Assembly (NCBI GenBank): GCA_964016885.1
Contig: OZ024747.1
Location: 90,582,001-90,646,000, forward strand
Source: Eledone cirrhosa
Taxonomy: Eukaryota
Reading direction: 5' to 3'
Length of the DNA: 64,000 bases
The notes beneath the pieces were generated by a model. That model was not told the origin of the DNA and ran no database searches. It saw only the letters and a list, made by a program, of their open reading frames with translations. This document shows positions 15,181 to 28,396 of this stretch, piece after piece; the stretch's first letter is position 1, and the number at the start of each line of letters is the position of its first letter. The position numbers and the translations under genes were made by a program.

Positions 15181-15947
15181 TATATATATATATATGTATG
15201 TGTGTATTGTTTTCTTGACAGTAGTTTCCTTTGGTAAAAAACCTGTCATATTCTGTATATTTGTCTATTTACTAACAGCTAGAGCCTTACAAGCTACTAA
15301 TGCAACAGTAGTACTGGTTCCACCATTATGTATCAAAACCAGGTATCACATATTCTATAACTTTGTTACATAACCTACAGTTGTTGTCTGATGAAGTGAG
15401 CATTGTTTTCTGTTTGTCTGAGTCTTATTTGTTCTTGTACCCACTGTTCTCATTTTGCTATATATATATATACATATATAAACATACATGTATATATATA
15501 TATACATATATAAACATACATACATGTATATATATACATATATAAACATACATACATGTATATATATATATATAGTATATTTATAAGTTTATCATTTGTA
15601 AAACATTTTTTTCAGCCAGTTAAGGCAGCAAACAGTCAATCAAATAATGAGTTGAATGAAACCTCTGGCTGGATATGTAATTCTGATTATTTATGACATT
15701 CAGATATCAGATTTCATACACATCTAACATACTGCTGTATTAAGTACTTTTGTGATTTTTGTACCAGAATATAGCTATCATCATAATCATCATCATTGAT
15801 TAATGTTTATTTTTCACAGCATAGGTTAGATGGGTTGTCCCGTTTGAGACAGGTAAAGTCAGGTGACCGTGTCTTGCTCATTTAAAAATGTTTATATGTA
15901 TATATATATATATGTGTGTATCTCGGGTTCAATAGGGGGTAACCACA

Positions 15948-15997
15948 GCTTTCCTGATGAATTCCTTCGAATGAAACAGTTCTAGTCCTGTAGAAGC
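15948..15997 (+). ncRNA. Type I hammerhead ribozyme motif within a Penelope-like repeat end
   Basis: gctttc-CTGATGA(15954-15960), stem II ATTC/cttc/GAAT, GAAA(15973-15976), stem III ACAG/CTGT, GUA triplet at 15990-15992, then GAAGC pairing with upstream GC(T)TTC. Confidence 0.65.
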
Positions 15998-17006
15998 CAT
16001 TTCTATATTAAATATATATATATAGATATATATATTTATTAAAATAACAGATATATGTGCATGTGTGTGTGTGTATGCAGGTGAGTATACACGTGTGGAG
16101 AGAGAGAGGGGAGGGGGTTGATTGGGAGGGAGTGAAAGCAAAAGTCATGTACAGTAATATTGGTACATCTGTATATTGGTTTAGACAGCAGTAATGGACA
16201 TATGTATACAACTTTATATAAAAACATACATGCACAAACAAACATGCATATAGTTTTACACACACAGATCTGTAGCCTTTCTCAATCATATCACCAGAGT
16301 TTATATTTAATGGGAACTGATAAATATTGTTATTGGTTAGCTTCATAACTGACACTATTTCACACCAAAGTGCAACTATTTCTATAGTTCTCCAGACAAA
16401 TTTAATATATTATCTAAAAAGCAAATCATACACAGTACTGCTATAGAAATATTTCCTTACCAATATCTAAGGGACATGATTAAAAGAAATATTTTCTAGA
16501 ATTTAATAGGTGATACTGAGAAACCTGGAAACTGTTTATATGGAGATTGAACTTCAAACTATCATTCATTTACAGAATCAGTGGTGTTCTAACGAGATAA
16601 AATAAATGGAGGTTGCAGATAGATGAAGGCTAGACTTAGGATGGAAAGAGGAAGTAGGTGTGGGAGAGGAGAACATGAAATAGAAAATTAAAAATATCGG
16701 GATTCTAGCATCAGGAAATGGAGAAATTTAAATTATAAAAATAATAAAATAAAATAAAATGAAAAAAAAGTAACTGAAATATTATTAATTGAAAGAAATA
16801 TCTAAAAATGAATGGCTGCAAGCAGTAAGACAGAATTTGTTAGTAAATAAAGGTTGATAAGAAAACAAAAAAATAACAAAAAAAAAAAAAGACAACATAT
16901 GGCTAGGTAATAATGCAACAGAATAGTAACAATAAGGGTTTAAATTTTATTTTTAACAAAGAAGTAAAACAAACTTATCATAGCAATCAACAGTTTCATA
17001 AACTCC

Positions 17007-17041
<35 letters not shown>

Positions 17042-17043
<2 letters not shown>

Positions 17044-17265
17044 GTTTCTGATTTAGGCACAAGGCCAACAATTTTGGAGGAAAGAGGGGAAAAGTCGATT
17101 AAATCGACTCCCAGTGCATTACTGGTACTTTATTTTATCGACCCCGTAAGGATGAAAGGCAAAGCTAACCTCGGTGGGATTTGAACTCAGAATGCAAAAG
17201 GGCCATAACTCGATGCTGTAAAGCATATTGTCCGACGCTCTAACAACTCTGTCAATCCACCACCC

Positions 17266-17266
<1 letters not shown>
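17042..17266 (-). mobile_element. tRNA-derived SINE, family A, embedded in (AAT)n
   Basis: Minus strand: GGTGGATTGACAG..., box B GAGTTCAAATCC, central GCCTTTCATCCTTACGGGGTCGATAAAATAAAGTACCAG, 3' GGCCTTGTGCC...GAAAC. (AAT)n on both sides. Confidence 0.85.
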
Positions 17267-17331
<65 letters not shown>

Positions 17332-18645
17332 TAAAATTAATTCAAAGAAATAATAATGATAATAAAAACAACAAGTGTCTGTCTCTTATTTTGAATATCA
17401 CCAGAGAGAAATATAAATTATAGAAGGGAATAGAGACAGTTTGTGACAGAACCATCTAAGTAGACATAAATAATGTGTGTTTACATAGAACACAGCTACA
17501 AGGACATATATAGATTCATGCCTCTGTAAACCATTACTTAATATGTATGCAGTACATCATTACAAACATTTTAGCAATACTCATAATACAAACATATATA
17601 CATATACAGACCAATACATAAATGTGCGAGAGAGAGAGAGAGGGGAGGAGAGCATATATATATATATATATATATATAGTGAATTGTGTACATGTTGCTT
17701 GAGATAAACCAATGCATTATATATATATATATATATATATACATATGTGGATATGTATATATATATATATGTATATATATATTAGTTATAGAATTGCAGG
17801 CCAGATAACTCTATTATCATTTTCATACAAAGAGGAATTAGTTTAAGTTAATATTTTTTATGATATTCATTAACTGTTCATAAGAGAATATTCTCTAAAA
17901 GATAAGGATAACTCCCTCTTATAGCTACTCAATAATATATTCAGAAAGAGGTTGTACATTGTATTTTCATCCTTGTAAAATCTATGAAATAAAACAGGAC
18001 AATTGCCTAACTCAATTTACCTAATATTATAACGAGGTAAATAGCTTTCACTAAAGCTTTTGTATCTCTTCAAAATACTATTAAGAAAATTAGGATACAG
18101 GTAATATGTATCCTCAACATCCATAGAACTGCATTATCACACCTTTGACAGGATATCATTAAAATATGGCAGTACAAAGGCAAACAGTTACAATAAGAGA
18201 TTAAATGCTAAATATGAATTAAATATTAGTTACAGGTTGTAAATGTTTCATGTGGACTATATATTGAAAGCAAAGTATTTTTTAAAGGAGCAATATTTCA
18301 GAGGTAAAGATCTGATTCAGATTAACTAGTAAATGTAAAATAAGTACTGAAGATGTTTCATATCTGAAAAAAGACACATAAATTAAATGATAAAACAACT
18401 AAAAAAAAAAACCCTGTCTCATACCTGATGATTCTTGTCAATTACATTTTTAATTTTTCAAGAGAAATACAACTTGCTGGAAAGTTTAGCAAGTCTTTCA
18501 TAAGTGAAGTACAGATATATCAAATAGAACCACTGTGCCTACATACCTACATGTAAGAATATTATTTATTTGTCTTGCATCTGACAAAAAGATTGCACAT
18601 TTGTATTATCAGTGGTGCTGGGATAGACCTAATATAATATATAAT

Positions 18646-18832
18646 CGTTTCTACTTTTGGCACAAGGCCAGCAATTACCCAGTACATTACTGGTACTTTA
18701 TTTTATCGACCCCGTAAGGATGAAAGGCAAAGTTAACCTTGGCGGGATTTGAACTCAGACCGCAAAGGGACGTAACTATGCTGGAAAGCATGGCATCCGA
18801 CCCTCTACCGATACTGCCAATTCACCGCTCCT
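18646..18832 (-). mobile_element. SINE family A copy
   Basis: Same core as 17042. Flanked by taatataatataat on both sides (TSD-like). Confidence 0.85.
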
Positions 18833-21800
18833 AATATAATATATAATATCTCAATAGTACACTCAATGTAACTAGTTAATAGGTACTATGTGTAGGTGCA
18901 TGTTATTGTCACAAAGAAGCTCTGTTTAATTAACTAGTTTCTTTTCATTTAGCTTGCAGTGCTTAGTTCAACTCCTCCTCAGGTCAAAAGAAAGCAAGGG
19001 AAAATAGCCATAGTATGTAGTCTGACATCAGACATGCCTAAAGTTCAGGCCAAATTTCTCATTGGCTCTTTCTTGACTGATATCAAATAGTCACATGTTA
19101 GACATGACTTACCACATGTAGGGATCCATCACCAGGTGTTTAACTATATATCAGCTACAATTTATTGTATATCAACCAAAGCATTTATTTACCTACGTGT
19201 GTGTACCTAAGATGATTTAATTAAGATTACCTATTTTCATTTAATAAATAAAAATATAAGACAGCAAAGAACAAAACTGGCAGGAACTTTCCTCTTTATG
19301 TCTTATTCCTCAGTATCTTTGTTTATATTTAAATAAGGTATGTACACACATACATACTATACATATATATATATATGTTATTTGTCTCTAATACTTAGAC
19401 ATCTCACTGAATGGATAAAATATTCAGATAAAATATACTTATACACCCATAAATTGAGATTTTGGTATAAGTTTAATATGTATATATTCTGTAAATAACT
19501 AATAATTTTTCATTAAATTTTCTCTCAGATCAGGGAAAAAAAAGGGGGAATTTGGGACACCAAATGTCCTCTATATGATAATTTAAAAATTATTATGAAA
19601 GCATTCAAAGGATGATTTCTAATTTATTTCCAAAATATTAACTGGTATTTATTATCGATCTATTATGCAGCAAAAACAAACAAACAACTCATGTGGGAGT
19701 GTTTACCAAGTTATTATGCAACAGGATTGGAAGAAAAGTAACAGAAGTCTAGAAATTAGACTTTACTATATGTATACTAAGAAGCTATCTTCCAGAATTG
19801 TGATTCTTGTTGATGTTAATATGTATTGTATTATTTCATATGCTTTAACAGTCCAGATATAACTTAATCTGAACTTACTTTAACAAAACTAATCTAAATA
19901 TTTTGATATTTCCTTGTATTTAGTTTAGTTTAATAATAGCTTAATGATAATTATAAGCAAATTAAAAAATATATTTTGATTACAGTATATGGAAAAAACC
20001 TTAACTTCTATTTTTAATATTCCAAATAACAGCCAATAAATAACTACATTGTAAATAATTTCATTTATTGAAATTTTAACCAAATATTTAGCTGTAAGAA
20101 ACTGAATTTTTTGGTCAAGTCTTTATATAAGACACAAAATCATTTAATATCAAGAAAAAAGCTACATTGTGATGATTTAAAACAAATATTTAATGTAGGC
20201 TATTAGTTGGGTTGTAAAGGAGAAGTCTAAAGTTATGTGAGTTTAGATGAAATATTTTATTTGTAGAAGCAGTCAAAGGATCTTCTAGCTGTCTTATACA
20301 ATTTGAGATCTTAGGCCACATATTTAAGAAAGAAGATAAACATTTTGTTATAAATACAAATTATGCATGAATTATCACATCTGCTTGTGAGAGTAACTGA
20401 TATCAATTAGCTTATTATTATTATTAATGTATACACACTCTACCATATCAATGCCATTCTATTACCCAAAAGTAAGAGATTTGTGATTATAAAGATTCTT
20501 ATTTTGTAGATATTTTTGAAAGAATTTGTAATTTGTTTAGTAGTAGCATTTTTAAAGCTCACATCTAAAACGTTTGCCAAGGGGTTCTTCAAATTCATTC
20601 ACTTCTAAGATAGGCACAAGACCAGAAATTTATTGGGGAGGGTACAGTTAACTATATCAACCCACCTCCCTAGTACTTTATTTTTTTGACCCTAGAACAA
20701 TGAAAGGTTAAGGTCAGTTTTGCCTTTCATCCTTCCAAGGGTTCATAAAATAAAATACCAATCAACTGATAGGATCAATATAATCAATATTTTTTTCTCT
20801 CCCTTGCATTATATTTCTGGCCTTGCACCTTTATTAAACATTATTATTAGTAGCACTACCTAGCAGTATAATTGTTGTTGTTATCCAGGAATGACTTTGT
20901 GCCTAGTCAATAAAAATTATTATCATTATTATTATTGTGTTGTTGTTGTTGTGGTGGTGGTGGTGTATATTTGAAGTTTTATTATATTATGTTGCCCAAA
21001 AGAGCAAACCTCAACTAGATGTAATTGTAATTTCAAAAAATATATATTACATTAAAATTTGCAAGAAACTGTTCCAAATAAAGAATAATGTTTCAAAAAC
21101 AGATTAACTATGATAATTATGGTTATTATACTTGTTGTTTCCAGACAATTTCATTCTTTCATTCATTCTTTTACTATCCTTTCTCCAAACCACAGTCAAG
21201 TTTGTTTAGTTATGATTAAAAAAAAAAAAAAAAGAATTAAGAAAATAATAAAGCTGAGCAACTTCATTTTCAACATAATGGAAGAAGATCAATTGATCAG
21301 TTTCTGAGAAGAATTACACTTCTTTCGATAATAATAGTTGAAGCCAACTTTCATCATTAAATATCACATGGTAGGCAGAGAAGTCACAGCTTTAGCTGAT
21401 GGAGCAGAAAATAGTTATTAAACAACTCACAGCTCACAATATATTATTATTATTTTTATTATTATTATTACTATTTCACTTTTCTTTGCTTAATTTCATT
21501 CATTCAATTCAGGGAATAGTTTTCGTTCCTGACAGAATCAAAGCAAGACGGATCAATTTTTAAGACTTACTTCAGTCACACAAAAAAAAAAAAAAAATTT
21601 AAATCAAATAATAATAATTTAAAAAAAATCAAGTACCTTTATAGTTTATATGTAATAATAAAAGAATGCATGTTTTAGATTCCTATTATGAACCACATAA
21701 TCTGAATGTGAAGGGATGGCTACTGAGTGGTATATCCTATATATTTTTATATCCTATACATGATATTATGCAAGAAAGTACTAGATCCTCCATATATACA

Positions 21801-22079
21801 ACACCCATACAAACAAACATACACACACCTTTGCCTCTAATTAAATAGATGTATTGTTTCTTAGTTAGTTTCAATAATATAAGGAAGGATGGGAAGGATT
21901 TTCAAATTGTGGCTATCATTGCTGTAAAGTTATACAGCAAGAACAAAGATGGCAGCTACAGAGATAGAATTAAAATTTTTTTTTTTAAAAAGAGAATTTA
22001 ATAAAATTACAGTTTATAGGGGTTTGGTAAAACTGATGGGAGGGATGTGAGAAGGAAGATATAATGATATATATCACTT

Positions 22080-22262
22080 AATATATCTCACAGATGAGAG
22101 AGAGAATATATCTCACAGATGAGATTATAACTTACAAATGAAAATATATCTCACAGATGAAAATATATCTCACAGATGAAAATATATCTCACAGATGAAT
22201 ATATATCACACAGATGAGAGAGAGAATATATCTCACAGATGAGTATATATCTCCCAGATGAG
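22080..22262. repeat. ~19-bp minisatellite (AATATATCTCACAGATGAR)
   Basis: About 8 imperfect copies of atatatctcacagatga. Confidence 0.85.
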
Positions 22263-25200
22263 ATAGGAGAATAATAGAGAATAATTTGTATGGGAGGGAG
22301 GGAGAGAGAATATAGTTGCATATTCATTATGCTAATACTATTAAATACAAATTAGAATTGTGGAAATACAAAATTATACAGTATTATTAATAATAAATTT
22401 TGCCATATCACAGTAGTACATTTATTGTGAAATTACATTGAATTTTCTATATATATGTACATGTGAATTAATGTATGTGGAATCTGAAATTCCTTTGGAA
22501 ATAGATTTATCATATCCTTATTCCAATCTGGTTAGCATTGCTGTGATACTTTTCATGTATTACACATGTACATACAAACATACAAACATACACACATATA
22601 CATCGTACATATACATATATATATTCCCATACATGTAGCTACATGCATGCACATCTTGGAATGACAGTGTAAATAATCCATTTAAAATATTAAGAGGCAT
22701 AGATGTAATATGTCTAAGTGTGGGTGTGTAGAAGGGCTATGTATATTTGAGGATAAAGAGAGGAAGAGAGAGAGAAAGGCAGAAACAGAGAAAGAGATAG
22801 TATCATTTGTGTGCACTGTCCAGAATAGATTTTACATAAGGGAGATAATTTTCTCTCTCTCTCTATATATATATATGTCTATAAAAAAAATTTCCAGAAA
22901 AGCTAAAATTAAAATCAGAAGTGATAATGAAAATTCTGTAAAATATGAAAATAACCAGAACAGAAATGTAATGAGAGATGATGTGTGATTGGAGTAAACT
23001 GAGGCCAACAGAAAATGACGAAGGCATGTAAAACTATTTTATCCAACTGATTTTCTTCTTTCCTACACATAATCTCAACTCCCACCCCAGTTTATTTTTC
23101 TTTCTTAATATATTTTAATATATCTTCAACAGACTTTCATCTTGGAAAGTTAAAGAGTGTACCATATATTTCTTTTCTTTCTCTCTTTCTTTTTTTTTCC
23201 TTCTTACAAACATATTTTATTCCTTCTTTGAATGTTGGTTCCGTCCAGGGCCAGATATTCTTGTCACTTACTTAAGAGATCAGAGCTTCATAGTGAAGGC
23301 ATGGGGTGGGGGGCAAGTGGCAAGAAACCATAGTACCATAGAGTCGGAAGAAAGCCATCCTTTTTTCTTTACACTAGTTCTGGTACAGACAATACCAGTG
23401 CCAATGAAAGTAATAGTAGACATAACAATACAGTGAATAGTTAACAAAATATAGAGGACTAAGAATGAGGGCAGGCGAAAGACAGTGGATGGCAAAATGG
23501 CAAAGAAACAATCGAGCAAAGTAGCAAAATGGTTTCTTTGGAAGTGAATTTAAAAAAAAAACAATGAAAAAATTTGAATTTAAAAAATAAATAAATAAAT
23601 AGAAAAATTGCAGACGGTGGTGGTGGTGGGGATAAAAGTGGGGAGGGAGGACAATGTGAAGAAAAATAAAAAAAAGTTTGTCTTCCGAAAATATTTATCA
23701 TGAAGAAAATAACAGCAGTAAGGGTGGGGAGGGGAGGAGGAGGAAGAGGGGGGGGGGTATTATACTATCAATAATGACAGTCATACAATAAAATTCATAA
23801 GTAATTTCTATTATCAACTATTTCAAGACAAGTACAAAACAATAAAATAAAAATTTAAAATTAATAAAAAAAAATAAAAAATACAAATAAAAAAAAAAGA
23901 CCCAGAAAGTTCATGAATGTTGCCCTCTTTCTTACATTGATATTTTCATATATATTAAAAAAAAAATATGATAATAATAATAATGATAAAAAATATACAA
24001 CCAAAACAAACAACAAAATACTCGTGTAAGCATAAATAGAGCTAGGGGGATGATAGGTGGTAGGTAGACTTTAGAGAGAGAGAAACTAAAATTAGATAGA
24101 TTAATTAATAAAAAAAAAAGTGAGAGAGAGAAAGTGAGAAGACTTGTTACTACAAATGAGCCGTATTAGTAGTAGCAGAAAAGAATGAAATGGAATTATT
24201 TTTTTTTTTTTTGTTTAAGAAAGACCCATAAAAATGTCATAAAGGTTTCTGTTAGATGGCAATTAAGTCTAATATCACAAATTATGTCATCCGAATAGGA
24301 TACAACAGGGTAATGATATACAGCCTGTTTTGGCAACAGAAGGGATGAATAAATTGAAAGGAAAAAAAAAAAAAGAAAAAAAAAAGAAAACGACCGAAGG
24401 TATTTCTTATCGATAAAGAGGTAAGTTGCTTATATATATATGTATATAATATATGTGATATATATGTAAAATAAATACGATATATATTTATGTATATAAT
24501 ATATGTATATATATATATAAAATATTTATGATATATATATATATACATATATATATTTATATATAAATATGTATGATATATATACATACATATATATATT
24601 TATATATAAATATGTATGATATATATATTTATGTATATTTATATATAAATATGTATATATATATAAAATATATATGATATCTAATATATGTGTATATACA
24701 TATATAAAATATATACAATATATTTATATATATATAATATATATATAAGACAAATATATTTCCTCTTTTTTTTTAAATTACAGATTCAATAGTCTTTTGT
24801 TTCTTTTCACAGATTTCTTTCAAACTAAAATACTTAATTAAATAACTTATTCATAAAATTTGAAATTTTTTTTTTGGGGAAAAAAAAAAAAAAAAAAAAA
24901 AAAAAAAACGGAAACAAAATAAAAATTTTAATCCAACATATATCCTTTTTTCTTTCCTTTCGTCGATTCATGTTGGAAACACATTCATATAATATAGGAA
25001 TCTGTAGGTTAAACAATTTAAAAATTGGTCCAATTTTACAGTTAAAAAATATAACAAGAACAAAACTCCCATGGGACAGTAAAGCCCCATTTTTCCATTT
25101 CATATAAATTGATCTGTTAATCTTGCCTCATTTTCCTGCTTGTCTGTCTGTATTTTATTTTATTTTATTTATTATTATTATTTTTTTTTTTACAATTTAT

Positions 25201-25265
25201 TTGTCTCTCTTATAATTGATATTATATTTATATATATATATATATATTTATTTTTCTCTTTATAT

Positions 25266-25299
<34 letters not shown>

Positions 25300-25495
25300 G
25301 ATTATTATGATCACCATCAACATCATAATTTATCCAGTAGCTATATCATTCTCTCGTTTGCTTTTCACAATTTTACTGAATCTGCTGGCTTTGTTGGTGA
25401 CACCAAAATTTACCATTATCTCCCCTTAGCCACCATCAATAAGATTTTTTTTAAGTGCTTTTTTTCCTCCTTATTATTATATTTTTTTTTATTCT

Positions 25496-26950
25496 TCATT
25501 GAGTGTTAGGTTCCAGGTGCCAGACTAAATGTGCTGTGAATTCCAGCCTATTGCTCAGTTTTTTCGAGCATTTCTTACAGGAGAATTCATTGAGACCATC
25601 TGTGTAATGTAAACTATTGTGAAGCATACTCATAGCCAGATCTTCGAACCAGATACCACAAGACATACAATGATGGTATCTTTTTCCTGGGAATGGCTGT
25701 GGGTAAGACTCAGAAGAATGTGGGGAATTTCGTTGCAGTGAAAAAGAAGGTGGTATCGAATCTGTGTGTTGTTGCAATAGTGAGGCAATTGTGCCTCCAT
25801 TTGTGGTTGTAGTTGTTGTCGTAGTGGATTGCAAAGTATGTGCGTATGGAGTTTGCATCAGTGGAGAGTTTGCAGTGAACCGCTCTTCAGACAAAGAAGA
25901 GTTCTCCTCACCGCGTTCACCCAAATCATCATTTCTTTCCTCTCCCGAGTAGTTAGGCGTCATATACATGCCTACACCATTGTTGATTGGCTCTGTTTTG
26001 ATGTATGGTAAACTATGGTTAGACACAGGAGTGGATTCAGTGGGTGTGTAACAAGAGGACATAGTGGTGTTGACATCTGGCTTCGTGCTTAAGTTCAGTG
26101 CATTGTTTTCATAATCCTCACACATTCTCTGATCCAGAAATCTATCTGGATTGTCGAGCCTTATCATACAGTGAGGGGGCTGTTCGTTGGAGGCTGGCCG
26201 GCTTTCATCTGGAAGGATGCGTACAGGTGTTAATCTGTTGCTGCTTGTTGTACTCATACCAAAACAGGCAATGGAAAGAGCATTTACATTCTCATCGTTA
26301 TTATGATCCATTTTAAATTCTTGTTCAATATCATCACTTACAAGAGTAGTTGTACTGACAGCATTTTGGTGCATTGTGTCCTGGCTGTTGTTGTTGCTGT
26401 TATTGCTGTTGCTGTTGATGTTGCCAACACCACCACCACCTCCACCACCACCACCGTTACCTCCACCACCGCCGTGGTGAACTCTCTTGTGTCTGGCTAA
26501 GTGGTCCTCCTCCCGAAATGTCTCTCCACATAGATCGCACATGTGCAACGTTTCGATACCATGACCTTGAAGGTGGGTGTACAGAGTTGCCGGTTTGCTG
26601 AAACGAAGTCCACACAGTCGGCACTGATTGCGCTGCCGTTGGGGTTGATGCACCTTCATGTGCTGCTTAACATGGTCGGAACGCGTAAAACGTCGCTCAC
26701 ACAGGCTGCAGGCATACGGTCTCTCACCGCTGTGTACGCGAACGTGACGCCGCAGCTTGGAGGGCGTGCGATACGACTTGCCGCACACGAAGCAGCTGTG
26801 CGGTGGATTTCCCCTATTGTGTGTTTCAATATGAGCATCCATATCATCCGTAGATTCAAACTGCTGGCCACAGTTGCGACACATGTATTTTGTGACCACT
26901 TGTACGGTGTACTTAGAGCTTGTAGGCGCAATTTTGGAGGCTGTATTCAT
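25496..26950 (-). CDS. C2H2 zinc-finger transcription factor, 484 aa, with 5 N-terminal fingers and a C-terminal Ikaros/Hunchback-like finger pair
   Basis: Long GC-richer ORF. Five C-x2-C-x12-H-x3-H fingers with an HSGERPY linker, Gly/Asn/Thr low-complexity middle, C-terminal CMSCGIWFEDLAMSMLHNSLH...FSCKKCSKKLSNRLEFTAHLVWH. Splice acceptor 36 nt upstream of the ATG with an in-frame TAA before it. Confidence 0.93.
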   Translation of the reverse strand: MNTASKIAPTSSKYTVQVVTKYMCRNCGQQFESTDDMDAHIETHNRGNPPHSCFVCGKSYRTPSKLRRHVRVHSGERPYACSLCERRFTRSDHVKQHMKVHQPQRQRNQCRLCGLRFSKPATLYTHLQGHGIETLHMCDLCGETFREEDHLARHKRVHHGGGGGNGGGGGGGGGVGNINSNSNNSNNNSQDTMHQNAVSTTTLVSDDIEQEFKMDHNNDENVNALSIACFGMSTTSSNRLTPVRILPDESRPASNEQPPHCMIRLDNPDRFLDQRMCEDYENNALNLSTKPDVNTTMSSCYTPTESTPVSNHSLPYIKTEPINNGVGMYMTPNYSGEERNDDLGERGEENSSLSEERFTANSPLMQTPYAHTLQSTTTTTTTTNGGTIASLLQQHTDSIPPSFSLQRNSPHSSESYPQPFPGKRYHHCMSCGIWFEDLAMSMLHNSLHYTDGLNEFSCKKCSKKLSNRLEFTAHLVWHLEPNTQ

Positions 26951-26986
26951 TCTGTATCACAGTTAGATGTTTATCACAGTCAATGC

Positions 26987-27040
26987 CTGCAAATAGAAAA
27001 CAAAAAACAAAATAGAAAACAAAAAACAAAATAGAAAACA
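26987..27040 (-). other. 3' splice site / polypyrimidine tract of the zinc-finger coding exon
   Basis: Minus strand ttgttttttgttttctatttgcAG|GCATTG (AG at 26988-26987). Implies non-coding exon(s) at higher coordinates. Confidence 0.75.
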
Positions 27041-27164
27041 ATATTGAATTATTCATAACAATATTTTAAAGAGAACAAGCAAGTAACAGAGATATGAGGA
27101 GGGTATGTATACAGATCTCCCTCTCCCTCTCTCTCTCATATATATATATATAAAGTGCCAAGAA

Positions 27165-27335
27165 ATCCCAGTGGAAGAAACACCACGAAAACCATGGGCG
27201 GAAGTGGTGAGAGCTGACCTCAGATCACTGAAGCTCACGAAGGCAATGACGAAGGACCATGACGAATGGAGAGATGCTGTGCTGAATAGGACCTGTCCCA
27301 ACCTTGCAAGCAGCTGTAAAATGATGCTGATAATG
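27165..27335 (+). mobile_element. RTE-clade LINE 3' terminal fragment
   Basis: Encodes PRKPWAEVVRADLRSLKLTKAMTKDHDEWRDAV (RTE C-terminal motif) and ends in a (TGA)-like tail. Sibling at 58030-58196. Confidence 0.7.
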
Positions 27336-27591
27336 ATATATATATACATACACACACACACACACACACAATCTATATGTACATATATATATGCACACAC
27401 ATTCTATATATATATATAGAGAGAGAGAGATAGAGAGACAGATTGCAGTGTTGAGACTGAGGACACCAGTAATCATGGGAGTACTCAATGCATGGGGAAA
27501 TGCAAAGTAGGTATAGAGATATGTAAAATCTCGATCGCAGTAAAAACCGCTTGGCACTGAGGTTGGGAATTTATATATATATATATATATA

Positions 27592-27776
27592 TAACAAAGA
27601 AAGTGTGGTAAGGAACCAGGTAGACCATAACGCACCAGAGTACTCGAGTGGCTAATAGGAAAAGAGTCAGGACACCCGACGGCTGAGCTGCAGCCATTTT
27701 GACAGCTACATCCGAACTCAGTTTGATTCTAGCTGTCGAAACAGCCGGAGCTCAGCCGTCGGGGTCCTGACCCTTT

Positions 27777-27782
<6 letters not shown>
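27592..27782. mobile_element. (TA)n-embedded fold-back element, hammerhead 3' half (Penelope-like end); sibling of 30358-30576 in opposite orientation
   Basis: Inverted arms ccgacggctgagct...agctcagccgtcgg and GAAAC-AGCC...AGCC-GTC|GGGGTCC. Left part is the reverse complement of 30530-30576. Confidence 0.6.
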
Positions 27783-27829
<47 letters not shown>

Positions 27830-28171
27830 ACACAGGACATTCTGGAGAAAGTGATTGTGAATATATATTCCCATCATTGACATTCTTGAAATAACAAGGT
27901 TGAATATAAACAAATATATAGAAAAAATTTAGAAACAGAACAGAATCATGTGAAATTATTACAAATTTAAATGAATAAAAATTCCTTATTGAAAATTATT
28001 AACAAGTAATTTTGAGTGGGTGAATAATAATATAAATAAAAATAATAATGATGATGATGATGATGATGGTGATAATGATAGTGATGATGATGATGATGAT
28101 GATGATGATAGTGTTGGTGATGGTGGTGATGATGATCATGCTGGCAATGCTAATGATAATAATAATAATAA

Positions 28172-28376
28172 TTGTTTCTACTTTAGGCAGAAGTCCAGCA
28201 ATTTTGGGGAGGGGAAAGTCATTTAAATAGACCCCAGTGTATTACTGGTACTTTATTTTATCGACCCCTGTAAGGATGAAAGGCAAAGCTAACCTTAGCG
28301 GGATTTGAACTCAGAACATAAAGGGACGTAACTATGTTCTACGATGCTCTACCGATTCGGCCAATCTACCACCCTA
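28172..28376 (-). mobile_element. SINE family A copy between (AAT)n tracts
   Basis: Conserved ACTGGTACTTTATTTTATCGACCCC...GGATTTGAACTCAG core. Confidence 0.85.
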
Positions 28377-28396
28377 ATAATAATAATAATAATAAT

